Under the pieces are notes generated by a model. That model did not search any database and had not been told where the DNA came from. It worked only from the letters and a program-made list of their open reading frames with translations. This document shows positions 10,365 to 20,061 of a stretch of 64,000 nucleotides of DNA, in pieces. The translations under genes were made by a program, and so were the position numbers. Source of the stretch: Promethearchaeota archaeon (GTDB lineage Archaea; Asgardarchaeota; Lokiarchaeia; Sigyniarchaeales; SOKP01); NCBI GenBank assembly GCA_048937405.1, contig JBHLNF010000011.1:42119-106118 (forward strand), given 5' to 3'. The first letter of the stretch is position 1, and each line of letters begins with the position of its first letter.

Positions 10365-11015
10365 ATGGAAAATTTCAGGATAAACATTAATAAAACTTTA
10401 CAGAAAATATCATTTGGTGCATATGGATTAATATCTATTATATTTGGAGCTATAGGTGATTTAATTGCATATTTGATGTATCCAGGATATAATCCTTTAC
10501 GAAGAGCTGTAAGTTCATTATGTTTAGGGCCAGGTTGGTTATTTTTTCAATCAGGTACCGTAATTTCAGGTTTCTTTGCACTTTTATATTTAATTTCTCT
10601 TGAAAAAACATTTAATAAGGAAGAAGTCAATAATAATGTTAGAAAGTATGCTAAAATTTCAGGAACAATTTCCTGTACAACTTTTATGACATTAGGTGTT
10701 TTTTGCGGTTCTAATCTAATAATTGCATACATTCATGGAATTAGTGCTTTGATCACTTGGATTTCTGGTTTATTATATATTAGTTTTTATAATTTTTTAA
10801 TAATTAATTCATCAAATTATTCAAAAAAACTAGGTTATTGTGGATTAATTACAACCTTTACTTTGGGTTTAATGTTGGTTTTCTTTTTATTACATTTATT
10901 TCCAGCTTTGAGATTTTTAATGATTATTTTACCTAGTTTGGAATGGTTGAATACGTTATCACTAATTGTATGGTATCTGATTACATCGATTTATGTTATT
11001 CATAAAAAATATTAA
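10365..11015 (+). CDS. DUF998-like membrane protein
   Basis: Several TM helices, YPGYNP...VSSL motif, conserved His and EW. Confidence 0.6.
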   Translation: MENFRININKTLQKISFGAYGLISIIFGAIGDLIAYLMYPGYNPLRRAVSSLCLGPGWLFFQSGTVISGFFALLYLISLEKTFNKEEVNNNVRKYAKISGTISCTTFMTLGVFCGSNLIIAYIHGISALITWISGLLYISFYNFLIINSSNYSKKLGYCGLITTFTLGLMLVFFLLHLFPALRFLMIILPSLEWLNTLSLIVWYLITSIYVIHKKY

Positions 11016-11098
11016 GGATCTATTAGAAAGATATTTTTACTATTATAATTTTTAAGCTATTATATGATTTTTAAAGTAATAAATGGAGATTGTTTATT

Positions 11099-11800
11099 AT
11101 GAAAAAAGTAAATGAATTTTTTGATAATATCTTTAATTACACTTCTGGATATAATTTTGGTTTCCTTGCATTTATAATAGGTTATTCAGGAATTTATTTA
11201 GCACTTTTAATATCTGCTTTAATGGGAGAGTATATAATGTGGGAGGAATCGATTAGTGTATTAGGACTTGTTGCAGGGGGACCTTATTTAAGAGTTGGAT
11301 TAATAAGTTCTTATATTCTTGCAATTCCATTTATTATTTATTTAGGAAGACTATTGAAAAATGAGAATATTAATGAAAATTTAAGAAAGATAACTATTGT
11401 AGTTAGTATTTTTTCTTCTATAACTGCTGTATTAACAGGAATATTTTCAGGTATAAATGAGTTCATCAGTAGCTTACATGGTTTATTTGCTCTTCTAAGT
11501 TGGATTGGAGGGGCTATAGCATGTAGTCTTTTTGGTTGCTTAATGTTAAAAAATCCGAAATTTTCAAAATCTATTATTTATTTTAATTTTATAATTGCTG
11601 GGATTTTTGTTTCTTATCTAATACCATTTTTCATAACAAATTTCTGTGATTGTTTTTCTGAGATATGCTATTCATTTGGTCGTGCTATATACACCATAAT
11701 GCCTATTTATGAATGGACAGTAATGTTTTCCATTTTGATCTGGTATTTTGGCAACGCTACTTATCTATTAAATAATAAATCTATAACTGTGAATGATTAA
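11099..11800 (+). CDS. DUF998-like membrane protein (tandem paralog)
   Basis: TM helices, ISVLG, LHG and EW motifs parallel to the upstream gene; ATG at 11099 preferred over TTG at 11090. Confidence 0.55.
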   Translation: MKKVNEFFDNIFNYTSGYNFGFLAFIIGYSGIYLALLISALMGEYIMWEESISVLGLVAGGPYLRVGLISSYILAIPFIIYLGRLLKNENINENLRKITIVVSIFSSITAVLTGIFSGINEFISSLHGLFALLSWIGGAIACSLFGCLMLKNPKFSKSIIYFNFIIAGIFVSYLIPFFITNFCDCFSEICYSFGRAIYTIMPIYEWTVMFSILIWYFGNATYLLNNKSITVND

Positions 11801-11923
11801 ATTATAGTTTTTCTAAAAATTTATATAGTTCTCTGATTTTATTTCGGGGTATAATCAATACTTTATTTAATCTTTAAAAGGATTTAATTATTATAGGAAC
11901 CTACATCATATTAAAATAAAATA

Positions 11924-12613
11924 ATGAAAGCGATTATTGAAATGCAAATTAAATATGAAAGAAATATTCAAATTAATAAAAAGGATGCATTGATAATTGT
12001 TGATATACAAAACGATTTTCTTCCCGGAGGCGCATTAGCGGTAAATGAGGGAGACTTAATTATTGATGATATTAATAAACTCGCTCAAAAATTTAAAGAT
12101 AATAAGGTTATCATTGTATTAACTCAAGATTGGCATCCAAAAAATCATTTATCGTTTGCTAGTAATCATAAAGGGAAAAAACCAGGAGATGAATATACAT
12201 CGAAAAATGGAGCTATTGGTCCAGTTTTATGGCCTGATCACTGTATACAAGGTACTAATGGGGCAAAATTTCATAAAGATCTAAATACACAATTAGCAAA
12301 TAAGATTATTCAAAAAGGTATACGTCGCAAGGTTGATAGTTATTCTGGATTTCGGGATAATGATAAAAAAACTGAAACTGGTTTGAGAAAATATCTCAAC
12401 TCAAAAAAAATTCAGCGAATTTTTATTTGTGGCTTAGCTCTAGATTATTGTTGCTACTATACAGCGATGGACGGTCTTGAGTTTGGTTATGAAGTATATT
12501 TCATAGAGCGATTAACAAGGGGAGTTGATTTACCAGAAGGTAATATAAATAATGCTCTTAGTAATATGAAGAAATCAGGTATCACATTTGCGGATATTGA
12601 TAGTTTCAAATAA
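11924..12613 (+). CDS. pncA: Nicotinamidase/pyrazinamidase
   Basis: DIQNDF, QDWH, WPDHC, QKG, DSYSGF, GLALDYC: catalytic D-K-C intact. Confidence 0.92.
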   Translation: MKAIIEMQIKYERNIQINKKDALIIVDIQNDFLPGGALAVNEGDLIIDDINKLAQKFKDNKVIIVLTQDWHPKNHLSFASNHKGKKPGDEYTSKNGAIGPVLWPDHCIQGTNGAKFHKDLNTQLANKIIQKGIRRKVDSYSGFRDNDKKTETGLRKYLNSKKIQRIFICGLALDYCCYYTAMDGLEFGYEVYFIERLTRGVDLPEGNINNALSNMKKSGITFADIDSFK

Positions 12614-12652
12614 TAATAACAGTTTTTTTTAATCTTTCTTTTTAACTTCATA

Positions 12653-13129
12653 ATGGTTAATAAATTCCCTTATCACTCTATTTTGGTAGTATGTTCTGTA
12701 AACACTGCTAGATCAAGAATGGCAGAAGGTTTTTTAAGAGATTTTTTCAAAAAAATGAATTTTGGAATTAAAGTGAATTCTGGGGGTATTGCTCCTAATG
12801 CCAGAGATGGAATGACAATATCAATGGATGCAAAACTAGTTATGGAAGAAGTTGGAATTAAATTATCAGATAGTGCTTTATCAATTGATTTAAAGAGGCA
12901 TCATGAATATATAAAGGATGCTGATTTAATTCTCACCTTAACAAACAAACACAAAGAAGATATCCAAAATATTTTTAATATAAATAGTAAAGATATTTTA
13001 ACAATAAAAGAATTTGCTGAAGAAAAGGGAGATATTGAAGATCCTTCAATGAATGAAGCACTTTTTCGAGCAGTAAGAGATGAAATTATCAATAGTTTAA
13101 TGAAAGGATTAAATAAATATGAGTTTTAA
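12653..13129 (+). CDS. Low-molecular-weight protein-tyrosine phosphatase/ArsC family protein
   Basis: VCSVNTARS P-loop (CX5R), ADLILT, DIEDP. Confidence 0.85.
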   Translation: MVNKFPYHSILVVCSVNTARSRMAEGFLRDFFKKMNFGIKVNSGGIAPNARDGMTISMDAKLVMEEVGIKLSDSALSIDLKRHHEYIKDADLILTLTNKHKEDIQNIFNINSKDILTIKEFAEEKGDIEDPSMNEALFRAVRDEIINSLMKGLNKYEF

Positions 13130-13132
13130 ATC

Positions 13133-13978
13133 ATGATTGAGTACATCATAATTGCTATTCTTCAAGGTTTATTTGAATGGCTTCCAATATCCTCTAGCGG
13201 TCAAACTATGATTATTTCTATGAATATATTTGGTATATCTGCTGATGAAGCATTCAGTCTTAGCATATGGTTACATTTAGGTACAACCTTAGCTGTTTTA
13301 TTGAAGTTTAAAACAGATTATATTAAGATTATAAAAAGTATTATACCACGGACATTTATCATAGATGAAATTGATATCAGAAAGAGAAATTGGTTGATAT
13401 ATGCTACGATTGGGACAGCAATTACAGCCTTACCACTTTATTTTATCTTTAGATTTATCATTTCAGGCGCATTTACTCCATTCCAAGGGGACTTAATCAC
13501 TCTATTAGTTTGTGGATTATTGATTATTACTGGTATAATTTTATTGAAATCAAGAAAAATCTATGGAGAAAATTCTATAGAAAAAGTGCCAGAAAAATTC
13601 ATACGAAAAGATAGTTTTGTATCTGGGCTAATTCAAGGTTTCTCGATATTACCTGGTATCTCCCGTTCTGGAGTTACTGTTTCATCAATTCTAATAGAAA
13701 ATTATGACCAAGATAATGCTCTAAGATTAAGTTTTTTAATGTCTGCACCTGTTGTTATTGCTTCAATCATAGTTGATATAATTTTTGGGGGGAATTCAAT
13801 ATTTCGAGTAATTAGTCCTGTTATTATTGTTATCACGGTATTGATTTCTTTTATAATTGGCTATTTATCCATAGAGTTCTTACTTAAAATAGCTCAAAAA
13901 ATTAGCTTTGGTTATTTCTGCATTTTATATGGTGTAATAGCTTGTTTGATTATTATTCCTTTTATGATAATATCTTAA
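13133..13978 (+). CDS. uppP: Undecaprenyl-diphosphate phosphatase (BacA/UppP family)
   Basis: QGLFEWLPISSSG, HLGT, PGISRSG, SFLMS. Confidence 0.92.
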   Translation: MIEYIIIAILQGLFEWLPISSSGQTMIISMNIFGISADEAFSLSIWLHLGTTLAVLLKFKTDYIKIIKSIIPRTFIIDEIDIRKRNWLIYATIGTAITALPLYFIFRFIISGAFTPFQGDLITLLVCGLLIITGIILLKSRKIYGENSIEKVPEKFIRKDSFVSGLIQGFSILPGISRSGVTVSSILIENYDQDNALRLSFLMSAPVVIASIIVDIIFGGNSIFRVISPVIIVITVLISFIIGYLSIEFLLKIAQKISFGYFCILYGVIACLIIIPFMIIS

Positions 13979-14868
13979 AGGTTTTCTATAAAGTTCTCAA
14001 TAAAATTTTTTAACTCTAAATCTGCTTTGGGAATTCCTTTAAAACTTGGAAAATCATTTAAATCTATAATATAATATTTATCAAAGTCAACTGGTCGAAC
14101 TAAATCAAATCCGAAAATCTTGAGATTTAATTCTTTAGATAAAATTTTTGATAATTTCTTAATATCTTCTGTTACTTCAAACTCTTCTCGCTCAATTAAA
14201 CTTACATCAATATTTTCTGGTTTATCTCTTAAATAAATATAAATAGGATTTTCCCTCTCAATACCGAATACCTTATCACCAATCACATATATTTTTCTCT
14301 CAATACCATCACATTCTATAAATTCTTGAATATATACATCATAAGATAGGAATTCTTTATATCTCTCACAAAATTTATCTATATCCTCAATCTTTTGAAC
14401 CAAAAAGTTGAATCTATTGTATTTATCATGTTGATAATGACTTTTAATAACTATAGGTAACTTTTTTGATACCCATTTCTTAAATTTTTCAAGATCAGAC
14501 AATGACTGGTTCCAAGAATTGGGTAGTAAAAAATTTTCAAGAACTTTTTTATGTGTATTGAATATTTTTCTTATAGCATAATCAAGAGCAATTTTATTCA
14601 TACATAATAATACAGTATCTATATTGTGAAGTGTGGGGAGATTATAGATTTTAGCATAATGTAATAAATCTATAGAACATTCATTCCTGACTTTTACTAT
14701 AATTAAGTCTGTTTCTAATAATTCTGGCGGCATTTCAGAAAGACAGTAGAAATGTTTTGTCGGATCATGCAATATCAGTTTAATATTTTTAATCTCCTTT
14801 AACTTCTTAATTAACTTTGTAATAACTTCATGATCTTGTCTTGCGGAAAAAAAAATTTTTTTTTTCAT
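13975..14868 (-). CDS. ITPK1-like ATP-grasp inositol phosphate kinase
   Basis: IQEFI...KIYVIG...IFGFDLV...IIDLNDFPSF; adjacent to ino1; ATG at 14868 preferred over TTG at 14925. Confidence 0.75.
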   Translation of the reverse strand: MKKKIFFSARQDHEVITKLIKKLKEIKNIKLILHDPTKHFYCLSEMPPELLETDLIIVKVRNECSIDLLHYAKIYNLPTLHNIDTVLLCMNKIALDYAIRKIFNTHKKVLENFLLPNSWNQSLSDLEKFKKWVSKKLPIVIKSHYQHDKYNRFNFLVQKIEDIDKFCERYKEFLSYDVYIQEFIECDGIERKIYVIGDKVFGIERENPIYIYLRDKPENIDVSLIEREEFEVTEDIKKLSKILSKELNLKIFGFDLVRPVDFDKYYIIDLNDFPSFKGIPKADLELKNFIENFIENL

Positions 14869-15124
14869 TGATTTGGTAATAGTTTTTATCCCATATTTAT
14901 TGTTATAATATTTTAATGCTTTCAATCCACATATAGTATATTTAATAATAATTTAATAATTAAAACATCATTTATAGGTTAAGATTACTTAATTAAAATT
15001 AAAACTTGAGTTCAATTCTATTAAATTCACCTTTATTTATCTTTATGATTCATACATCTAAGTATTAAATCTTTATGGTATTTTAAAATGATTTAAATAT
15101 TATTACTATATTATACAAAATATC

Positions 15125-16219
15125 ATGGCTAATAATATTATTAATGTTGCTTTAATTGGTGTTGGTGATGTAGCTTCAGCTCTCGTTCAGGGTGTTGAAA
15201 ATTACAAGAAAAATCCAGAAAAAACAATAGGCATAATTCCAGAAATTACTCAATATAGTATACATGATATCAATTTTGTTTTAGGAATTGATGTTAATTC
15301 AAATAAAGTCGGAAAAGATATGAGTGAAGCAATTTTTGAACCACCAAATTGTAATATGAAACTATTTGAGCCTGAGTTTTTAAATGCTCCAGTGCTTAAA
15401 GGACCAGTTATGGATGGTTTAGATAGCAACATCAAAAATATTATACCTGTAGATGAATCCCAAGAACCAGTAAACATTACCAATGAAATAAAGAGTAGGA
15501 AAATAGACGTTACAGTAATACTACTCCCTACTGGTTCTCATAAAGCAGTAAAATTTTATGCTATGAGTGCACTTGATGCCGGATCATGTATTGTAAATGG
15601 AATGCCATCCTACGTAGTTAAAGATCCAGAAATCGTCGAAAAAGCTGAGAAATTAAAGCTTTCCTTAATTGGTGATGATGTAAAATCACAAATTGGAGCT
15701 ACTATCATTCATCGCGCATTAGCTAATCTTTTTCCGATGCGTGGTGCTATATTGGACAAAACAATTCAATTAGATTGGGGTGGCTCGAGTGATTTCTGTA
15801 ATCTTTTAACGACAATGCCAGATGGTTCTTTAAGATATGAAGAAGGAAAACGTCAATCTAAAACTGAAGCTGTGATTTCTAATCTCCAAAATAAAAATAC
15901 GGTTGATTGTCAAATTTCTGCTGTAGATTACATACCTTTTTTAAAGAATCAGAAAGAGGCTTATATGAGATTAGAAGGCCAAATTTTTGGGGGTGCCCCA
16001 GTAAGAGTAGATATTACAATGTTTGTTGAGGATGGAAATAATTCGGCGGGAATTATTACAGATTGTATTAGGGTTACTCAAATTGCTAGAGATAGAAAAA
16101 TTGGGGGCGTTCTTAATTCCGCTTGTTCTTTTTTTGCTAAACATCCTACAGAGCAGTTAGAAGACTATATTGCTAAAAAAAGATTATTAGAATTTTTAGA
16201 AAACAAGATAGAAAGGTAG
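15125..16219 (+). CDS. ino1: myo-inositol-1(3)-phosphate synthase
   Basis: GVGDVASALVQG, LPTGS, GDDVKSQIGAT, SKT, DYIPFL, NSAG. Confidence 0.93.
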   Translation: MANNIINVALIGVGDVASALVQGVENYKKNPEKTIGIIPEITQYSIHDINFVLGIDVNSNKVGKDMSEAIFEPPNCNMKLFEPEFLNAPVLKGPVMDGLDSNIKNIIPVDESQEPVNITNEIKSRKIDVTVILLPTGSHKAVKFYAMSALDAGSCIVNGMPSYVVKDPEIVEKAEKLKLSLIGDDVKSQIGATIIHRALANLFPMRGAILDKTIQLDWGGSSDFCNLLTTMPDGSLRYEEGKRQSKTEAVISNLQNKNTVDCQISAVDYIPFLKNQKEAYMRLEGQIFGGAPVRVDITMFVEDGNNSAGIITDCIRVTQIARDRKIGGVLNSACSFFAKHPTEQLEDYIAKKRLLEFLENKIER

Positions 16220-16258
16220 ATATATTTTAAGGTTGGAATAGTCTTCTAAACTTTATTC

Positions 16259-17167
16259 TCAAACTTTAATTGGTGTTTTATATACTTGTTGCTGTAATAT
16301 TACAAGATTGTATATATAATCAGAAATTAAACTCACTGCTTCAGGAATGCTTCTAAAACTTGGAAAATCATTAACATCGATAATCTTTGGAATTCCATTT
16401 TTAGTTAATACATAATCAATTCCAAAAATAGATAATCCCATTTTTCTACCCAATCTTAATATTCTTCTTTTTAACTGTTTTTCTATTGGAACACGGATGT
16501 GAATCAATTCTAAAGGAGATAAATTTTCATTTAGTTGCAAACGGTTATGAGAAGTTATTGAGACCATCCAACGACCGATGACATAAATCTTGTATATAAT
16601 TTCATATTCTCCTAAATATTCTTGGAAAAACAAATCATTTTCATTGAATTCTTCTTTTAAATTATTAAAATTTTCTAAATTTTCAGCAATTCCGATGATT
16701 CTTTCATTTTTTGGCAGTTCTGGTATATTATGTTTATCTAATTTAATTATAATTTTAGATCCATTAGAACATGCTTTCTTAGCTTCAATCAAGGAATAAT
16801 AAGATTGAGGAATATCTAGATTTTTACATTTTTGTGATATTTTTCTAAAAGTTTCTCTCCTACTTTCGCAAATCTTAACAGCATTAATACTATTAAGAAG
16901 AGGAATATTTGGAGCAATTTCTCTAATTGCTTGGTAAATTTCTTGATTATGATTATCAGACAATAATTTGATAATGATGAATGAAATAGGGTATCTTTTA
17001 AGCTGTTTTTTTAAAAACTTAGCACTAAATGTATCTGATCCTTTCTTAAGTAGGTTTATTATAGAAATATTATAGTTTTTACTACAGAACTTCTTGATTT
17101 TTTCAAAAACAATGAGGTCTCGATTACAAATAGAGCCTATATAGATCCTATTAAGCTTATTTGACAT
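16259..17167 (-). CDS. ITPK1-like ATP-grasp inositol phosphate kinase
   Basis: FQEYL...YKIYVIG...IFGIDYV...IIDVNDFPSF. Confidence 0.75.
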   Translation of the reverse strand: MSNKLNRIYIGSICNRDLIVFEKIKKFCSKNYNISIINLLKKGSDTFSAKFLKKQLKRYPISFIIIKLLSDNHNQEIYQAIREIAPNIPLLNSINAVKICESRRETFRKISQKCKNLDIPQSYYSLIEAKKACSNGSKIIIKLDKHNIPELPKNERIIGIAENLENFNNLKEEFNENDLFFQEYLGEYEIIYKIYVIGRWMVSITSHNRLQLNENLSPLELIHIRVPIEKQLKRRILRLGRKMGLSIFGIDYVLTKNGIPKIIDVNDFPSFRSIPEAVSLISDYIYNLVILQQQVYKTPIKV

Positions 17168-17419
17168 GTAAAAATCCCTAATATTTTGATGAATTATGAG
17201 TTAATTATGTTATTTAAATATATTGATTAATTCCTGTTGTTAAACGCTTTAGTAGTAAAAAATCCTTACAATTTCAACTTACTTGAAAATCACCAGTTTA
17301 ATTTCAGAATTAATAGTTTAAATTTTAATTCTAAGTGTATTTATTTTAAATATTTTTTTTATTTAATATTAAATAAATTAACCGTTTTTTTTTTATAAAA
17401 TATACTCAAGGTAAATTAT

Positions 17420-18235
17420 GTGACAAAAATAGGAATACTAATCGATAAATACCATCTAGAAAATAAAGTCACTGATTTTATACAATATTTAAAATCGAAA
17501 GCAGAAATAAAAATATATATTGAGGAATCTTATTTATTTAATAGTTCCAAATCTACTTTCGATGAAGATTTATTCTTTACAAAAGCGAAGGGAGATTTAA
17601 TTTTAGCATTTATTAAATTAATTGAAGAAGAATCTTCTATTCCCATAATAAATTCTTTTAAAGGTACTTGGTTGGCAATTAATAGATTCTTAAATAGTGT
17701 TTTTTTAAAAAAAGCAGGAATTCCGATTGCTGAATTCTCGTTGAATCCTAAAGGAAGCGATCCTCCGTTTAGAGATTTTATTATAAAAAATATTATAGAT
17801 CAGAAAAATTATAAATTTAAACCAATAGTAAATAAAGTTAATGGAAGACTCAATGTAGCTGATGAAAGAGCTTTAAATGAAGTTGATAAAACTAATCCAA
17901 AATATAATTATCTTTATTATCAAAAATTCATAAAAAGCAAATGGGAATATAAAATCTATGGTATTGGGGAAGAAGTTTTTTTCTATAAGCAATTACCTAT
18001 ATTAGTAAATCCTAATAAAACAGAATCTAGAAAAAAAATTGATGACATTCCTGAATTAAAAGAATATTGCTATAAAGCAATGGAAGTTATGGATTTAAAA
18101 TTAACTTCATTAGATTTTTTAAAATCAAAAGATCAATTTTATTTAACAGACATTAATTGTACTCCAAATTTTAATTATATAAAAGATGGTCATAAAATAG
18201 TTGCGAATTATTTATTAAAACAAGCAAAACAGTAA
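17420..18235 (+). CDS. ITPK1-like/RimK-like ATP-grasp protein
   Basis: YQKFI...EYKIYGIG...LDFL...LTDINCTPNF. Confidence 0.65.
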   Translation: MTKIGILIDKYHLENKVTDFIQYLKSKAEIKIYIEESYLFNSSKSTFDEDLFFTKAKGDLILAFIKLIEEESSIPIINSFKGTWLAINRFLNSVFLKKAGIPIAEFSLNPKGSDPPFRDFIIKNIIDQKNYKFKPIVNKVNGRLNVADERALNEVDKTNPKYNYLYYQKFIKSKWEYKIYGIGEEVFFYKQLPILVNPNKTESRKKIDDIPELKEYCYKAMEVMDLKLTSLDFLKSKDQFYLTDINCTPNFNYIKDGHKIVANYLLKQAKQ

Positions 18236-18240
18236 AGTTT

Positions 18241-19041
18241 ATGAGAAATATGAATATCGGAATTTTATCAAAAAGAACAACCATGCTCACTGGTAAACTA
18301 AAAAAGTGTTTAGAGAATAGAGGATTTAATGTTTCAATATATACTTTAGATAATTTAGTGATTAATCAAAACCTCTTAAATCAAGATTTTTATATACTGA
18401 AATCAAAAAACTTATTTTTTCTTTATGCGGGATATTTTTTAGAGGCAAATGGTATCCCAGTTATTCCAAAACCAGATATCTCTTTTGTACAAAAACATCG
18501 CATACATTCTAATTTAGTAATGAAAAAAATAGGTTTAACGACTCCAGAAATTTATCTTGGTACATTTGATACATTTAAAAAACAATTTAAATTAGAAGAT
18601 TTTCCTTTTATTTTAAAACCAATAATGGGTTCAGGAAGTAAGGGTGTTAAAATTATTAGATCATTTAAAGATTTGAATTCAAAAGATAAAGCCATATTAT
18701 ACTTAGAGAAATTTATTAACGGTGTTCATTACAATGTATATTTCATTGATAATGAAATATGCACATTAATTAAACCTCCATTATCGCATGAACATGTTGA
18801 TATGAAATTAATTGAAACTCCAGATGATATACAGAATCTAATACAAAAATGGAGAAATTACTTCAATGGAGATTTATTATTTGGACACTTAGATATTGTA
18901 AGAGAGGAATTTACTAATAAATTATATGTTGTGGATCCTGGTTCATTTCCAGAATTTACTAATTGGAAGTGTAAAATTTCACCCATTGAAAATATTTGTA
19001 ATATTATTTTAGAAAAATATCAAGATTTAAATAAAAAATAA
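18241..19041 (+). CDS. ITPK1-like/RimK-like ATP-grasp protein
   Basis: FPFILKPIMGSGSKGV, LEKFI, FGHLDIV...YVVDPGSFPEF. Confidence 0.65.
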   Translation: MRNMNIGILSKRTTMLTGKLKKCLENRGFNVSIYTLDNLVINQNLLNQDFYILKSKNLFFLYAGYFLEANGIPVIPKPDISFVQKHRIHSNLVMKKIGLTTPEIYLGTFDTFKKQFKLEDFPFILKPIMGSGSKGVKIIRSFKDLNSKDKAILYLEKFINGVHYNVYFIDNEICTLIKPPLSHEHVDMKLIETPDDIQNLIQKWRNYFNGDLLFGHLDIVREEFTNKLYVVDPGSFPEFTNWKCKISPIENICNIILEKYQDLNKK

Positions 19042-19077
19042 AATAATTTATGATTTTTGATTAATAGTTTTTGAAAA

Positions 19078-20040
19078 ATGAGCAAACAGAAACAAATTGA
19101 GAAGTTAATAGTTGAACAACAAAAAGTACGATTATACAAAATAAAACATTTTATTTTTGATTTTGGAGGCGTATTAATAGAAAAGACTTTTGTATTAAAA
19201 AATTTACTTGATATTATTGAGGCAGATTTGAATATATCTATACCACGTGATGAGAATTCATTTATAAGAAAAATCAAAAGAGGATTAAGTTCTGGAAGAA
19301 TTTCTAGTAATGAATTTTTAGAAAAGATTTTCGATAAGTATTATTATCCATTTCAGGAAAAAGGCGGAGCTTTACCTCCTAAAAAGGTAAATGCGGAATA
19401 TTATGTTGAGCTTTGGTTTGATTTATACTCACAAGTCACAAATATATCTTCAGAAATGGAAGAGATAATAGAACGTTTACACCAAGCAGATTATACAGTG
19501 AGTCTAATGTCTAATACTCATGATATCCATGCTAAGTCAAATTATTTAAGAGGATTCTATGACATTTTTGATAATGTTTTCTTATCCAACGAAATTGGCT
19601 TTATTAAACCAGAAATGGCGAAATATAAATACGTATTAAAAAAATTAGATACAAAACCGAAAAAATGCATCTTTATTGATGATAAAATTCAGAATCTAGT
19701 CCCCGCTAGAGAATTAGGAATAATTGTAATTAGATTTGAATCCTTTGAAAAATTTAAAGCTAAATTAAACGAATTGGGAATAGGAAATATTAGCAAGGAT
19801 ATTCGTCATAAAATAAAGAAAAAATATAAGAAATATAAAAAGACAAAAAAGGAATATAAGAAAGCTAAGAAGGAATATAAGAAAGCTAAAAAAGAGTACT
19901 TTAAAAAGAAAGGTAAAGCACCAAAAAAAAGAAAGGAGTATCAACAAAAACGAGCACAATATAAGAAAAAAAAGACAGAATATAAGCAACAGAAAGATAA
20001 GAAAAAGGAGGAACTAGTTTCAAAAATACGAATTACTTAG
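19078..20040 (+). CDS. HAD-family phosphatase with Lys-rich C-terminal coiled coil
   Basis: FDFGGV motif I, MSNT, KP, IDD; tail KKKYKKYKKTKKEYKKAKKEYKKAKKEY. Confidence 0.82.
   Translation: MSKQKQIEKLIVEQQKVRLYKIKHFIFDFGGVLIEKTFVLKNLLDIIEADLNISIPRDENSFIRKIKRGLSSGRISSNEFLEKIFDKYYYPFQEKGGALPPKKVNAEYYVELWFDLYSQVTNISSEMEEIIERLHQADYTVSLMSNTHDIHAKSNYLRGFYDIFDNVFLSNEIGFIKPEMAKYKYVLKKLDTKPKKCIFIDDKIQNLVPARELGIIVIRFESFEKFKAKLNELGIGNISKDIRHKIKKKYKKYKKTKKEYKKAKKEYKKAKKEYFKKKGKAPKKRKEYQQKRAQYKKKKTEYKQQKDKKKEELVSKIRIT
19849..19899 (+). repeat. Coding 21-bp tandem repeat (KEYKKAK heptads)
   Basis: aaggaatataagaaagct occurs twice at a 21-bp period, followed by a degenerate third copy. Confidence 0.7.
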
Positions 20041-20061
20041 GAACTAATTAATTAATTTTAG

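Noticed and set aside
13975-19041. RimK/LysX amino-acid ligase cluster
   Set aside because: DxNxFP-type endings rather than E(V/I)N, and linkage to ino1, favour ITPK1-like kinases; the two most divergent copies remain uncertain
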